DNA from: a virus
DNA length: 40,167 bases
Direction: 5' to 3' (one strand)
Virus genome (UHGV): UHGV-1350284
The notes under the pieces are model-generated. The model worked only from the letters and a program-made list of their open reading frames with translations. It searched no databases and was not told the origin of the DNA. Below, piece by piece: positions 9,150 through 18,586 of the stretch. A program made the translations under genes and the position numbers. Within the stretch, counting starts at the first letter, position 1. Every line of letters begins with the position of its first letter.

Positions 9150-9613
9150 TGATTAACGCCCAGATAGTCCCGGCCACCGCAGAGCACATCGCTGAAATTA
9201 TCCCCCGCGTGCGCCTGGCCGACATCGAAGAGTTTGCCGCCACGAATGGCTGGAGTGCTGCCCGTGTCCTGGAATGTGGCCTTCGCACCTCAACCTTCTG
9301 CTGTGCAGGATTGATAAACGGCCGCGTTGTCACCGTATTTGGCGTGGCGCCCGCTTCAATGATTGGCGGCAGCGGGATCCCATGGCTTGTCGGCACGGAT
9401 GATCTGGAGCGCTATCAGCGCACATTTCTGCGCCGCTGCCGGCAGGTGGTTGCTGCAATGCTGTCCGTCTATCCGTACCTCGAAAATTATGTCGATGCCC
9501 GTAACCACGTCGCAAAAGCGTGGCTGCACTGGCTCGGTTTTACCCTGGAAGACCCGGCGCCGTATGGCGTTCTTGGCCTGCCGTTTCACCGCTTTTACAT
9601 GGAGAAATACTGA
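9149..9613 (+). CDS. Internal virion protein A-like (gp13 position)
   Basis: 154 aa. ATGA overlap with gp12-like. Confidence 0.45.
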   Translation: MINAQIVPATAEHIAEIIPRVRLADIEEFAATNGWSAARVLECGLRTSTFCCAGLINGRVVTVFGVAPASMIGGSGIPWLVGTDDLERYQRTFLRRCRQVVAAMLSVYPYLENYVDARNHVAKAWLHWLGFTLEDPAPYGVLGLPFHRFYMEKY

Positions 9614-10152
9614 TGTGTGGACCAGTTGCTGTAGGGGTTGCCATGGTTGCTATGTCTGCTATGCAGGCATACAACCAGCACCAACAAGGTAAATATGCCC
9701 AGGCGGTTGCTAACCAGAATGCTGATATTGCCGAAACTCAGGCGCAGGATGCCGTTAACCGCGGCAATATTCAGGCAGCAGAAGTGCAGCGTCGGAACAG
9801 GCAGGCTGCCGGTACGCAGGCCGCGACTATGGGCGCCACTGGGGCCGATCTTTCCTCTGGCACATCACTGGATATTTTCGGTGATACGGCGCAGTTCGGG
9901 ACGCTTGACGCGCTTACAACCGTGAATAATGCGCAGCGAGAGGCGTATGGGTACCAGGTTCAGGGGATGAATGCGATCGCAGAAGGGAATGCAGCAAAAA
10001 GTCAGTCCAACGCTGCTGTAACCCAAACGTTACTCACGGCACCGCTGAAAGCCTATGGCGCTTATCAGTCATTCGGCGGAACCTGGAACCCGTTCACGCA
10101 GAGTAAGGCCGCACCAATTTCTGCTGCCGTCGGCACGCCTACCGGTCGATAA
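9613..10152 (+). CDS. Internal virion protein B-like (gp14 position), Ala/Gln-rich
   Basis: 179 aa from the ATG at 9613 (TGATG overlap). Hydrophobic N-terminus. Confidence 0.55.
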   Translation: MCGPVAVGVAMVAMSAMQAYNQHQQGKYAQAVANQNADIAETQAQDAVNRGNIQAAEVQRRNRQAAGTQAATMGATGADLSSGTSLDIFGDTAQFGTLDALTTVNNAQREAYGYQVQGMNAIAEGNAAKSQSNAAVTQTLLTAPLKAYGAYQSFGGTWNPFTQSKAAPISAAVGTPTGR

Positions 10153-10162
10153 GGAGAGAACT

Positions 10163-12994
10163 ATGCCAGTTGTACCAACAGTCGCCGGGCGTCAGGTTGA
10201 AAGCCGCGGCGTGCAGACCGGAGGTTTTCAGGCCGTCGCTCAACCAAACGCCGGCGATGCGCTGCTGAGCGCAGGAAGCCAGGCGCTTGACGTGTTCGGC
10301 CAGGCTAAACAGCGCGCTGATGTCGCTATGGCTCAGGATGCATCGCTGCAACTGACACAGACCGCAAGCGATCTGATGACCAACCCGCAGAATGGCCTGC
10401 TTAACCTTCAGGGTAAAAATGCCCTCGGCAAGGGGCAGGAATACACCCAGCTCTTTGACGCAAAGGCTCAGGAGCTGGCGATGCAGTTGCCGGAGTCGGC
10501 GCGCCAGGGATTCCTGCAGCAGGCTCAGCAGCAGCGCATTCAGTTTACGTCTCAGGCTGGCCGGCATGAGATAGGGCAGCTCAATGCGTATGAAGAGGGG
10601 CAGTTCCAGGCGACGCTGACCACCGGCGCCAAAACCGCTTCGGAGATGTACGGCGATAACGCCAACTATGTGCTGGCTAATCAGCAGGCGTTTAAGCAAA
10701 TAGAAAGCTTCGGCGCCGCACATGGGTGGAGCCCTGAGCAGATCCAGGCCAAAAAGGTGGAATTCAAAGAGAAGGTAGCTGATGGCGCGCTTTCTCAGTG
10801 GTCAGCAAATAACGCGATCGGATTCATTCAGAGTAACGGTGAGCTGAGCGATACGGCCGCCGGTTCACGGCGGGCTACTGTTAACCCTTATGGTGGTGAG
10901 CCATCATCTACGAAAGGAATGGTTACCCAGGGGAACATTAACTTATTAAACCGACCATCTGTAAAAAACGAAGATGGTACTATCAGCACGGTAAGAACTA
11001 TTTCCATAGGCACAGATGCTGGTGAAGTCCTGATACCAACGGTCAGTGATGACGGTAAATTACTTTCAGATGATGAAGCAATCGCGCTATATGAAAAAAC
11101 AGGAAAGCACCTTGGAATATTTGATAATCCTGATGATGCGACTGCATATGCTGAAAAGTTGCATGAGCAGCAAGATCAGTATTATGTGAAAGGTGATAGC
11201 GGCGATACCAGGGGTATCCGCAACAACAACCCGGGGAACCTCGAAGCCAGCTCATCAAACCCATGGGTAGGGCAGACTGGTAGTGATGGCCGGTTTGCAA
11301 AATTCGAGACTCCGGAACATGGGATCCGTGCGCTGGGGCGCAACCTCATATCCTACCAGCGGCAGGGGATTGATACCGTTGGCGAGATCATTAACCGCTG
11401 GGCGCCGCCGTCTGACAATAACGACACGGCCGCATACATCAAAGCGGTTTGCGCGCAGCTCGGCGTCACTGCTAACCAGCCGCTTGATGCATCAAACCCT
11501 GATACGCTGCAGGCGCTCTGCGCCGCCATCATTAAACATGAAAATGGCACGCAACCATACAGCCCTGACCAGCTATCAACCGGCGTCAGCGCAGCTCTTG
11601 GGCTGTCACAGTTGCCAACCAGCAATAAACGCTACACCGGCAATGCAGCATTCGACGCCGCCACGCCGGAAGCGCAGGCCACTTTTCTGCGCCAGGCTGA
11701 CCAGATCCGCCGGCAGCAGCAGGCCGAATACAGAACGGCTATCGATAGCCAGGTTCGCGACGCCACAGCGGCTTACATGCGAGGTGTTGAGTTTCCAAAC
11801 CCGCCAGGGGAAGCTGATTTTATTGCTGCCTACGGCGTGCGGGAGGGCAACCAGCGATACACCGAATTCAGGAATACGCAGATCGCCGGGCAGTACATTG
11901 GTTCATTCCGCAATATGCCCACTAACAGCATCACGGCATACGTCAATCAGTTGAAGCCAACACCTGAGCAGACCGGGGAAGGGTACGCCTCGCGCGCCGC
12001 GCTTTATGATCAGGTTGCCGCCGCTGCAACAAAAGTTATTTCAGAAAGGCAAAATAATCCATTTGGCGCCGCCGTGGACATTGGTGCATACAGACCAATG
12101 CAAAATAATACCCCTCAGGCCGTTACTGAGGAAATTTCTCGCCGTTTCTCCGCACAACCTGACCTGCAGAAGATCGGGATATCCGCGCCAATTCTCTCAA
12201 GTGAGGAAGCGTCTACACTAGCGCAGCAGGTGCGAGGGACGCAAAACGTCGATCAGACCATTAACCTACTTCAAACAATGGGCCAGACATTACCGCCGGC
12301 GGCCATGCGCCAGGTTGCCTCTGCAATCGCTCCGAACAATGCCGCGACAGCGTATTCCGCGCTGCTTCTCGGCACGCCAGACAACCAATATGACAACCGA
12401 AACCCGGTCATTTCCTACGACCAGTTTATTGGCTACAAGCCAACCATGAATAAGTACGACGTATCGAAGGTTATTCTGGCTGGCGACCAGCTTCTAAACC
12501 CGACGAAGGCTATGAAAGATGCTGGCATATCACCTGTTCAACTGCCGAGCGAGGACAAGCTCAAGCGAGCTTTTGATGACCAGGTAGGAAATGCGTTTGC
12601 CAATAACCCACAGGCGCGCCAACTAAGCTACAACCTGTTCAAAGCTGCTTACGCCGGGATCGCTTACCAGTCTGGCGATTCCGCGATGACCCGTACCGAT
12701 GCGGCTAATTCGGATGTAGTCGAGAAGGCCGCGCAATACGCCACCGGCGGGGTTTACAAAGGCTTCAATGGTGGTGACGTGGTAATGCCGTTCGGCATGG
12801 ATAAATCCACTTTCAAGGATCGCTACACAGTGGCGGCACAGCAGGCGCTGAAAGACGCCGGGCTGAATGAAAATGCCGCTTCAAACTTTACGCCGGTGAA
12901 CATTGGCAATAACCAGTATCGCCTGGTGAGCGGCAGCGGGCGCTGGGCGACAGACCCAAAAACAAATCAGGCAATAGTCGTGAGGGTTGAATAA
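10163..12994 (+). CDS. Internal virion (ejection) protein with a central peptidoglycan-hydrolase-like domain (motif [10 protein letters not shown]...HENG)
   Basis: 943 aa from the ATG at 10163 (RBS AAGGAGAG). The lysozyme-like core is flanked by long Ala/Gln-rich regions. Confidence 0.65.
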   Translation: MPVVPTVAGRQVESRGVQTGGFQAVAQPNAGDALLSAGSQALDVFGQAKQRADVAMAQDASLQLTQTASDLMTNPQNGLLNLQGKNALGKGQEYTQLFDAKAQELAMQLPESARQGFLQQAQQQRIQFTSQAGRHEIGQLNAYEEGQFQATLTTGAKTASEMYGDNANYVLANQQAFKQIESFGAAHGWSPEQIQAKKVEFKEKVADGALSQWSANNAIGFIQSNGELSDTAAGSRRATVNPYGGEPSSTKGMVTQGNINLLNRPSVKNEDGTISTVRTISIGTDAGEVLIPTVSDDGKLLSDDEAIALYEKTGKHLGIFDNPDDATAYAEKLHEQQDQYYVKGDSGDTRGIRNNNPGNLEASSSNPWVGQTGSDGRFAKFETPEHGIRALGRNLISYQRQGIDTVGEIINRWAPPSDNNDTAAYIKAVCAQLGVTANQPLDASNPDTLQALCAAIIKHENGTQPYSPDQLSTGVSAALGLSQLPTSNKRYTGNAAFDAATPEAQATFLRQADQIRRQQQAEYRTAIDSQVRDATAAYMRGVEFPNPPGEADFIAAYGVREGNQRYTEFRNTQIAGQYIGSFRNMPTNSITAYVNQLKPTPEQTGEGYASRAALYDQVAAAATKVISERQNNPFGAAVDIGAYRPMQNNTPQAVTEEISRRFSAQPDLQKIGISAPILSSEEASTLAQQVRGTQNVDQTINLLQTMGQTLPPAAMRQVASAIAPNNAATAYSALLLGTPDNQYDNRNPVISYDQFIGYKPTMNKYDVSKVILAGDQLLNPTKAMKDAGISPVQLPSEDKLKRAFDDQVGNAFANNPQARQLSYNLFKAAYAGIAYQSGDSAMTRTDAANSDVVEKAAQYATGGVYKGFNGGDVVMPFGMDKSTFKDRYTVAAQQALKDAGLNENAASNFTPVNIGNNQYRLVSGSGRWATDPKTNQAIVVRVE

Positions 12995-14892
12995 TGGCCG
13001 ATGTATTTTCTCTGGCTCCTGAAGGCCAGGCATGGACGGACGATAAAACGACGGCCAACCCGGCGCGGCCAGAAGACTATGATCCGACGTTTTTTCAGGG
13101 ATCTATTTCCGCACCTGTGCGCGGTGTAGCGGAGGGAACAATCGGGCTGGCGCAGTCTGCCGTTGGATTCAGCAAGCGACTTATCAGCGATCCAGCATTC
13201 ACGGCAGATGTGGCGCCGACGGTGAACATTTTCCGCATTATGTTCCCTGACGCTGATAAAGCCCTGAACGACACCTATGACACGATCGGTAAGCAACTGC
13301 AGGGCGCGCGCGGTTATGTGAAACCAGACGCCGGCAGTCAGGGTACGGCCGCAGAGGTACTTTATGGACTCGGCCAGTTTGCGCCAGCGATTGGTACCTC
13401 AATCATCGGCGGCCCTACGGTCGGCGCCGCCACGGCTTTTGGATCTACCTATGAGCAGTCATATCAGGACTTCAGAGCCAAAGGTGTAGACGAGTCCACG
13501 GCGCGTAATCTGGCTGCGCAACAGAGTTCCTTCAATGCCGCAGGCATGGCGCTTCCCGCCGCTATCGGTACGACGCTGGCCACGCGTATCGCGTCAGGCG
13601 TCGCAATCAATACAGGATTTGGCGGCCTTAACCGTTATTCAGTTGGCGAAACACTGGAGGAGAAAGGCTATTCCGATATGGCGAAGCAGTACCGGGTATT
13701 TGACGGGCAGGCGATGCTGGTTGACGCTGTGCTTGGCGGTGCCTTTGGTGGTGCTCATCACCTGGCCTCGCGAAATGCTGATACACCACCTCCAGCAGAT
13801 ACTGAAGCGCCAATACCGGCGGCAGAAGTGCAGAGCGTGCCTGATAACGTTTCCTCGGCAGCCCAAGGTGAGGGAGCTCCAACGCCAGTTTCTCTGGGAG
13901 ATGTTCCGGCAGCACCAGAGGCAACATATGAATCAAGAATGGCTGAACTTGAGGCTGACGCCGGGAAGTTGCTTTCCCGTGGCGATCGCAAGGTGTGGCA
14001 GTCAGAAGTGGCAAACAGCCAGCGAATCCTGCAAAACCTCAACGAGCAGCGAGCCTCTATCCTTAACGAACAACCATCAGGTAGTGGAAAAGCATTGTCG
14101 ACAGCCCGGCAGGATAAGCAGGCCAGACTGCGTGCAGTTGACCAGCAGATCGAACAGGTGCAGAAGCGCCTGCAGGATGCGAATAACACTCTGGCGCCAA
14201 ACATGCCAGGCGGTCAGTTTTATGAGGCCCGCGCTGACCTGTCACGTATTCAGCAGGGGATCATCCCTGAAAGTATGCGCGGCCTGGTGCGTGAGACAGA
14301 AATTAAACCTAGCGACATCGATGCGGCCCATACTTTGAACGAAGGGCTTTATTACGACATTGAGTCGGCTCCGGTTTTGCATGCCAGCAATGAGAGCATC
14401 AACAGCCATGTGGCTGCCATGGATGAAGCATACCGGCAGCTAAATGACGGTCAGCCAGTGAACATCGGCATGATGGCCCGTGGGCTTGATGGCCCGGCGC
14501 GGCCAGGCATGCTGGAATCTGCAAGCGAGCAGTACCATGCAATGCAGCAGGTTTTCGAAGAGAATGGTGTCAGGTATGAAACGCCGTCAGAACTGGCAGG
14601 AGAAGCACCGGCTCCGCGCGCAGAAAGTGCATTTACGGCAGCCGACGAAAATGGCGGGCATGTCAGTGTTGATCCTGACACCGGCCAGGCGATTTCATCA
14701 AACAGTTACGACCTGATGGCGGCGCGCGATATGGCGACTACCAATCCGGATCTGACAATTACGCACCCCGACACAGGGCAGCCTGCAAAGCTCTCCGATG
14801 TTCTGGCTGAATTTGACGACCAGATCCAGACCGTACAGGCAGAGTCAAAAGTTTATTCCGTTGCAGCAGCGTGCTTCCTGAGGAACCCATAA
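12994..14892 (+). CDS. Internal virion protein (632 aa)
   Basis: ATGA overlap upstream and TAATG overlap downstream. Confidence 0.6.
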   Translation: MADVFSLAPEGQAWTDDKTTANPARPEDYDPTFFQGSISAPVRGVAEGTIGLAQSAVGFSKRLISDPAFTADVAPTVNIFRIMFPDADKALNDTYDTIGKQLQGARGYVKPDAGSQGTAAEVLYGLGQFAPAIGTSIIGGPTVGAATAFGSTYEQSYQDFRAKGVDESTARNLAAQQSSFNAAGMALPAAIGTTLATRIASGVAINTGFGGLNRYSVGETLEEKGYSDMAKQYRVFDGQAMLVDAVLGGAFGGAHHLASRNADTPPPADTEAPIPAAEVQSVPDNVSSAAQGEGAPTPVSLGDVPAAPEATYESRMAELEADAGKLLSRGDRKVWQSEVANSQRILQNLNEQRASILNEQPSGSGKALSTARQDKQARLRAVDQQIEQVQKRLQDANNTLAPNMPGGQFYEARADLSRIQQGIIPESMRGLVRETEIKPSDIDAAHTLNEGLYYDIESAPVLHASNESINSHVAAMDEAYRQLNDGQPVNIGMMARGLDGPARPGMLESASEQYHAMQQVFEENGVRYETPSELAGEAPAPRAESAFTAADENGGHVSVDPDTGQAISSNSYDLMAARDMATTNPDLTITHPDTGQPAKLSDVLAEFDDQIQTVQAESKVYSVAAACFLRNP

Positions 14893-17648
14893 TGAAACAG
14901 GCATGTGTTGAAGCCATTGCCCAGACGCTGGGCCGCCAGCCTAAGGCTGATGAGCTGAAAAATATCGAAGACCGGATCAAAGAGGCTGTGCGCGACGTTC
15001 ACCGGAAAAACGCCAGGGAAGGAAAGACTGGTATCCCTGATGCACAGACGTACATGGAGGCCGCTGAGCTTGTGCGTCAGCGCGTTGTGCATGATGTCTA
15101 TAAGAAGCGCCAGCGCGTCGCACAGAACGCTCTGGCAATCAGCAGGGTAACAGACATCCTCGATGCGAATATCCCGCCAGAACAACAGACACCCGCCAAT
15201 TTGCAGCAGTTTATCTTTGCCGGTCGGCGTACCTCTGATGGTAAAGATATTGCCGTGACATCTGCAGAGGAACTGGCGACAGGCGCCTATCAGGACTGGT
15301 CGCGCCAGCTCAGCGCAGAAATGCTAAAAGCCGGCGATGACGTTAGAAGATTTTTCGAGCAGAGCAAGGCACTTGGTGAGCAGCGTTTTCGCAGCTTTTT
15401 CGATCAGCAGGCGGCTAAGTCCGCACAACTGCAGATCCTGAAAGAGCTGTATGGTGAAGATACCGGTAACCCGCAGGCGAAGAAGATCGCAAAGGTCTGG
15501 AGCGACGTAACCAGCCGGGCGCGGCAGGAGATGAACGACAACGGTTTTGATATCGGGTTGCGCAACGACTGGCATTTGCCGTATGTGGACGACGCTGATT
15601 TTATCCGCAATGCCGGGCGCGATGAGTGGCTGGCATCTTTGCCGCTGGCAGAACAGGCTAAGGCGCGACTTTCAGGCCGCCAGCCGCCGATTGAGTTTGC
15701 ACGGCAGGCATGGGTGGATGACGTTTACAACACCCAGGATCGCAGCAATTACGTTAATCCTGACGGCAGCCCGATGAATGACATCGAGTATCGCCAGGCG
15801 CTGGAAGCGATCTTTGAAACGAAGGCCACCGACGGTGCCAACAAAATCGACCCGGGCGCATTCATGGGGACCGGCGGGATAAAGAACCGCGGATCCCAGA
15901 GCAGGGTAATGGCGTTTAAAGACGCCCAATCCCATTTCGCCTACATGGAGCGCTACACTCAGCAGCCGGTGGCGGGTGTAATGATGTCGCACCTGCAATC
16001 TTCCTCTCGCGATTTGGGGGTTGTGAAAGCATTCGGACCTGATGCTGCAAGAAACTTTTCCCTGGTGCTGGACCGTGTCTATCAGCGTGCGGTGACCGGC
16101 GGAAAGGAAGTCGGCAAGATGAACGATGAGCGCAAGATGGTCGAGCGCATGTTTAACTCAATGGCCGGCCTTAATGGTGCGGCCACATCGAGCGTATTCA
16201 CGTCGGCTGTTGGCGGTCTCCGTAACCTTATGACCAGCGCCATGCTCGGTACCAGCGTTCTGACCGCAACCAGCGATCAGGCTATCATGCGCGCGAATGC
16301 GCAGGCATTAGGCTTTGACCGTAATGGCATGCGGCTCTCTGCAAATACGCTGAGAAACCTGTTTAACGGCGATGCGAAGCGCGCGAATGCGGAGCTTGGC
16401 CTGCTGGTAGATTCGCATGCTGCTGTCGTCTCTAAGATGGGAGGTTTTGACCTGTCTCGCGGCATTACCGGCTGGTTTGCTGAGAAAACCCTGAAGTGGT
16501 CCGGGCTGATTGCAATGGACCGGGCAAACAAGGCGTCATTTGGCCTGCTGATGTATAAAAACATTGGCGAGCTAACCCGCAAATTTAAGACCCTTGATGA
16601 AGTTAAGGGCTCAGATAAAACCATCCTGGCAAATAAGGGATGGAGTAATGAGGACTGGGCTATCATGGCAGCGGCAGAACTGCGGCCAATGACTACAGCA
16701 GGACATATGGGCATGACGCCGGACGCTATTTACGCCGTTCCGGATGAGGTGATCACCAATATTATGGCTGACAGGATCGCCCAGGTGCGCGCCGGTAGTG
16801 ATACGGCACTGGCAGCTCTTGGCGATATGTCACCTGAACGCATGAAGCGGATGAAGGAAGCATTCGACGCAGAGGCCGAGCAGACGATTACTCGCATGGT
16901 GCGTAACGCCCGGGCGGAAGCTGCTCAGAAATTGCTGGGGATCACTCACGGTGAGATGACCAGCGCAGTGACAACGGCCACCGGTCTGGATACCTACGCC
17001 CGCGATGATGCAGGCCAGCTGCTTAAAAGCTTCATGCTCTTTAAAACCACGCCGTTCGCTGGTTTTCGCCAGTTGGTTAACAGGGCGAGCGATCTGGATA
17101 CTGTGCCAGCCATCAAATTCCTGGCGTCCTATATTGCGGGTACGACGCTGGCCGGGATGTTTGCTAACCAGATGAACAGCCTGCTGACAGGCAATGACCC
17201 GCTGGACATGACAAAGCCTACCACCTGGGTGCAGGCACTGCTGAAAGGCGGTTCGTTCGGTATCTATGGCGATTTCCTGTTCCAGGATCACACGCAGTAT
17301 GGATCGAGTATCGCGGCTACAATCGGCGGTCCGGTATTGAGTTTCGCCGAGCAACTGACAAAGTTGCTGATCACCAACCCACAGAAAGCGCTTCAGGGAG
17401 AAGAAACTTCCTTCGGCGCCGATGCGCTAAAGACCGCTCGTATGATCACCCCGTTTGCCAACCTCTGGTATGCTAAAGCCATTACCAATCACCTGATCCT
17501 GCAACAGCTTCAGGAGATGGCAAACCCAGGATACAACGACCGGGTTAGGGACCGCGCTCAGCGGGAATTTAACACAACGAGCTGGTGGGAGCCTGGCGAT
17601 ACTGCGCCGCGCAGAGCACCAGATTTAGGGAAAGCGGTGGGGAATTGA
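14892..17648 (+). CDS. Internal virion protein, gp16-like (918 aa)
   Basis: Large Ala/Gly-rich ejection protein in the gp16 position. Confidence 0.6.
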   Translation: MKQACVEAIAQTLGRQPKADELKNIEDRIKEAVRDVHRKNAREGKTGIPDAQTYMEAAELVRQRVVHDVYKKRQRVAQNALAISRVTDILDANIPPEQQTPANLQQFIFAGRRTSDGKDIAVTSAEELATGAYQDWSRQLSAEMLKAGDDVRRFFEQSKALGEQRFRSFFDQQAAKSAQLQILKELYGEDTGNPQAKKIAKVWSDVTSRARQEMNDNGFDIGLRNDWHLPYVDDADFIRNAGRDEWLASLPLAEQAKARLSGRQPPIEFARQAWVDDVYNTQDRSNYVNPDGSPMNDIEYRQALEAIFETKATDGANKIDPGAFMGTGGIKNRGSQSRVMAFKDAQSHFAYMERYTQQPVAGVMMSHLQSSSRDLGVVKAFGPDAARNFSLVLDRVYQRAVTGGKEVGKMNDERKMVERMFNSMAGLNGAATSSVFTSAVGGLRNLMTSAMLGTSVLTATSDQAIMRANAQALGFDRNGMRLSANTLRNLFNGDAKRANAELGLLVDSHAAVVSKMGGFDLSRGITGWFAEKTLKWSGLIAMDRANKASFGLLMYKNIGELTRKFKTLDEVKGSDKTILANKGWSNEDWAIMAAAELRPMTTAGHMGMTPDAIYAVPDEVITNIMADRIAQVRAGSDTALAALGDMSPERMKRMKEAFDAEAEQTITRMVRNARAEAAQKLLGITHGEMTSAVTTATGLDTYARDDAGQLLKSFMLFKTTPFAGFRQLVNRASDLDTVPAIKFLASYIAGTTLAGMFANQMNSLLTGNDPLDMTKPTTWVQALLKGGSFGIYGDFLFQDHTQYGSSIAATIGGPVLSFAEQLTKLLITNPQKALQGEETSFGADALKTARMITPFANLWYAKAITNHLILQQLQEMANPGYNDRVRDRAQREFNTTSWWEPGDTAPRRAPDLGKAVGN

Positions 17649-17836
17649 TGAAAAAAGTGTTTAGGATAATCGGAATAATAACTGGCCTAATTACATTTTT
17701 AAGTGCCGGGTTCTATTTTGTAGAGAATTCCTTCGATAACCTTTTTCACGGCAATATCTTTATCAATATCTCAACTGGTATTGTCTTTATTTTCTCATTG
17801 ATCGGACTGTATTTCATATGGAATAGCAAGCCGTGA
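17648..17836 (+). CDS. Small 2-TM membrane protein (62 aa), low-GC moron
   Basis: TGATG coupling to the gp16-like gene. GC about 33%. Two hydrophobic helices. Confidence 0.55.
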   Translation: MKKVFRIIGIITGLITFLSAGFYFVENSFDNLFHGNIFINISTGIVFIFSLIGLYFIWNSKP

Positions 17837-17844
17837 CATGTCAC
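17833..17844. repeat. Perfect 12-bp palindrome GTGACATGTCAC (copy 1 of 3), overlapping the stop codon of the upstream gene
   Basis: Exact inverted repeat. Related copies at 37126-37137 and 39711-39722. Confidence 0.6.
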
Positions 17845-17846
17845 AA

Positions 17847-17864
17847 AGGCCGCGAGAGCGGCCT
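17847..17864 (+). terminator. Hairpin AGGCCGC-GAGA-GCGGCCT between convergent genes. Possible bidirectional terminator.
   Basis: 7-bp GC stem followed by TAATTATATT. Confidence 0.4.
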
Positions 17865-17880
17865 AATTATATTGTCCTAA

Positions 17881-18033
17881 TCAATATCCGCCGGGGCGAG
17901 AATCAGCAGAACGCCCGCCGCAACGTGATCCGTCAGCAGCAGTATCACTATCATGCTGGCAGTTACCAGCAAAAGCCTGTGTAGTGGAACCCAGAGACAT
18001 CAGAACAAACAGGACTGCGATTACTTTTTTCAT
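17881..18033 (-). CDS. Small secreted protein (50 aa): signal peptide plus a 28-aa Cys-containing mature peptide
   Basis: MKKVIAVLFVLMSLGSTTQAFA followed by GNCQHDSDTAADGSRCGG... The RBS is weak. Confidence 0.4.
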   Translation of the reverse strand: MKKVIAVLFVLMSLGSTTQAFAGNCQHDSDTAADGSRCGGRSADSRPGGY

Positions 18034-18131
18034 TTTCACTAACCATGTGTAGACCACTGAATGTGGCGATGGGATTGTATAATTATGTTCGGTTTCTAGC
18101 CATAAAATCTTCATGGTCTGGTAAGTTGCCG

Positions 18132-18392
18132 TTATCTCAGATGCTGCCGCAACTGCATTGTGCAGAAATCCAGGTGTGTTTGCAGCTCCCGCATCGACAA
18201 CTGCGAGCTTGTCACATAGTTAACGAGCGCCACCAGTTCCGCCGCCGCACCGCTGACATCGTGGCCGTCTCGCTCCATCTCCCTGAGCAACTCCATCAGC
18301 TGTGATTTTACAACCAGGGATCTGACCCCTTCCGGGGTGTGAATACGATCTGCAAAACCTTCGTCGACAGGATACTGGTACCGCTCTGGCAT
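18132..18392 (-). CDS. Hypothetical 87-aa protein on the opposite strand inside the virion module. Candidate SOS-controlled antirepressor (inference).
   Basis: ATG at 18392 with GGGAG 8 nt upstream. An alternative ATG at 18407 lacks an RBS. A LexA-like box and promoter lie just upstream. Confidence 0.5.
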   Translation of the reverse strand: MPERYQYPVDEGFADRIHTPEGVRSLVVKSQLMELLREMERDGHDVSGAAAELVALVNYVTSSQLSMRELQTHLDFCTMQLRQHLR

Positions 18393-18410
18393 TAGGAATA
18401 CTCCCATAAA

Positions 18411-18430
18411 TACTGTATGCATATACATAT
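18411..18430. promoter_or_regulatory. Near-consensus LexA (SOS) box TACTGT-ATGCATAT-ACATAT with one half-site ACAT instead of ACAG. It overlaps the promoter of the 87-aa minus-strand gene.
   Basis: CTGT-N8-ACAT geometry with an AT-alternating spacer. 19 nt upstream of the ATG at 18392 on the minus strand. Confidence 0.35.
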
Positions 18431-18467
18431 AACAAAACCAAAATGTAAATTCTAGGGGGCTCACTGT

Positions 18468-18486
18468 TTACCCTTTAGGTAATAAT
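18468..18486 (+). promoter_or_regulatory. Operator palindrome TTACCCTTTAGGTAA fused to TAATAAT, in the divergent region before the tail-fiber gene
   Basis: Same TTACC-N5-GGTAA palindrome and GGTAATAAT element as at the immunity region. Confidence 0.45.
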
Positions 18487-18528
18487 GCCATTCTTCGATG
18501 TATGTTTTATTCATATACGGTTTGATTG

Positions 18529-18541
18529 GTAATAGAATGAT
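18529..18541 (+). promoter_or_regulatory. TTGGTAATAGAAT extended -10-like element 46 nt upstream of the tail-fiber start
   Basis: Member of the TGGTAATAAT promoter family. Confidence 0.35.
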
Positions 18542-18586
18542 CTGCAGTGTGGCGCGCCGGGCGCTGCGACATCCGGAGATTTCTAT

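Noticed and set aside
11283-11954. 223-aa alternate-frame ORF inside the internal virion protein gene
   Set aside because: Arg/Ser-rich shadow frame. The real frame is the 943-aa protein.
13535-14338. 267-aa plus-strand and 128/148-aa minus-strand ORFs inside 12994-14892
   Set aside because: Alternate-frame and antisense artefacts of a GC-rich gene.
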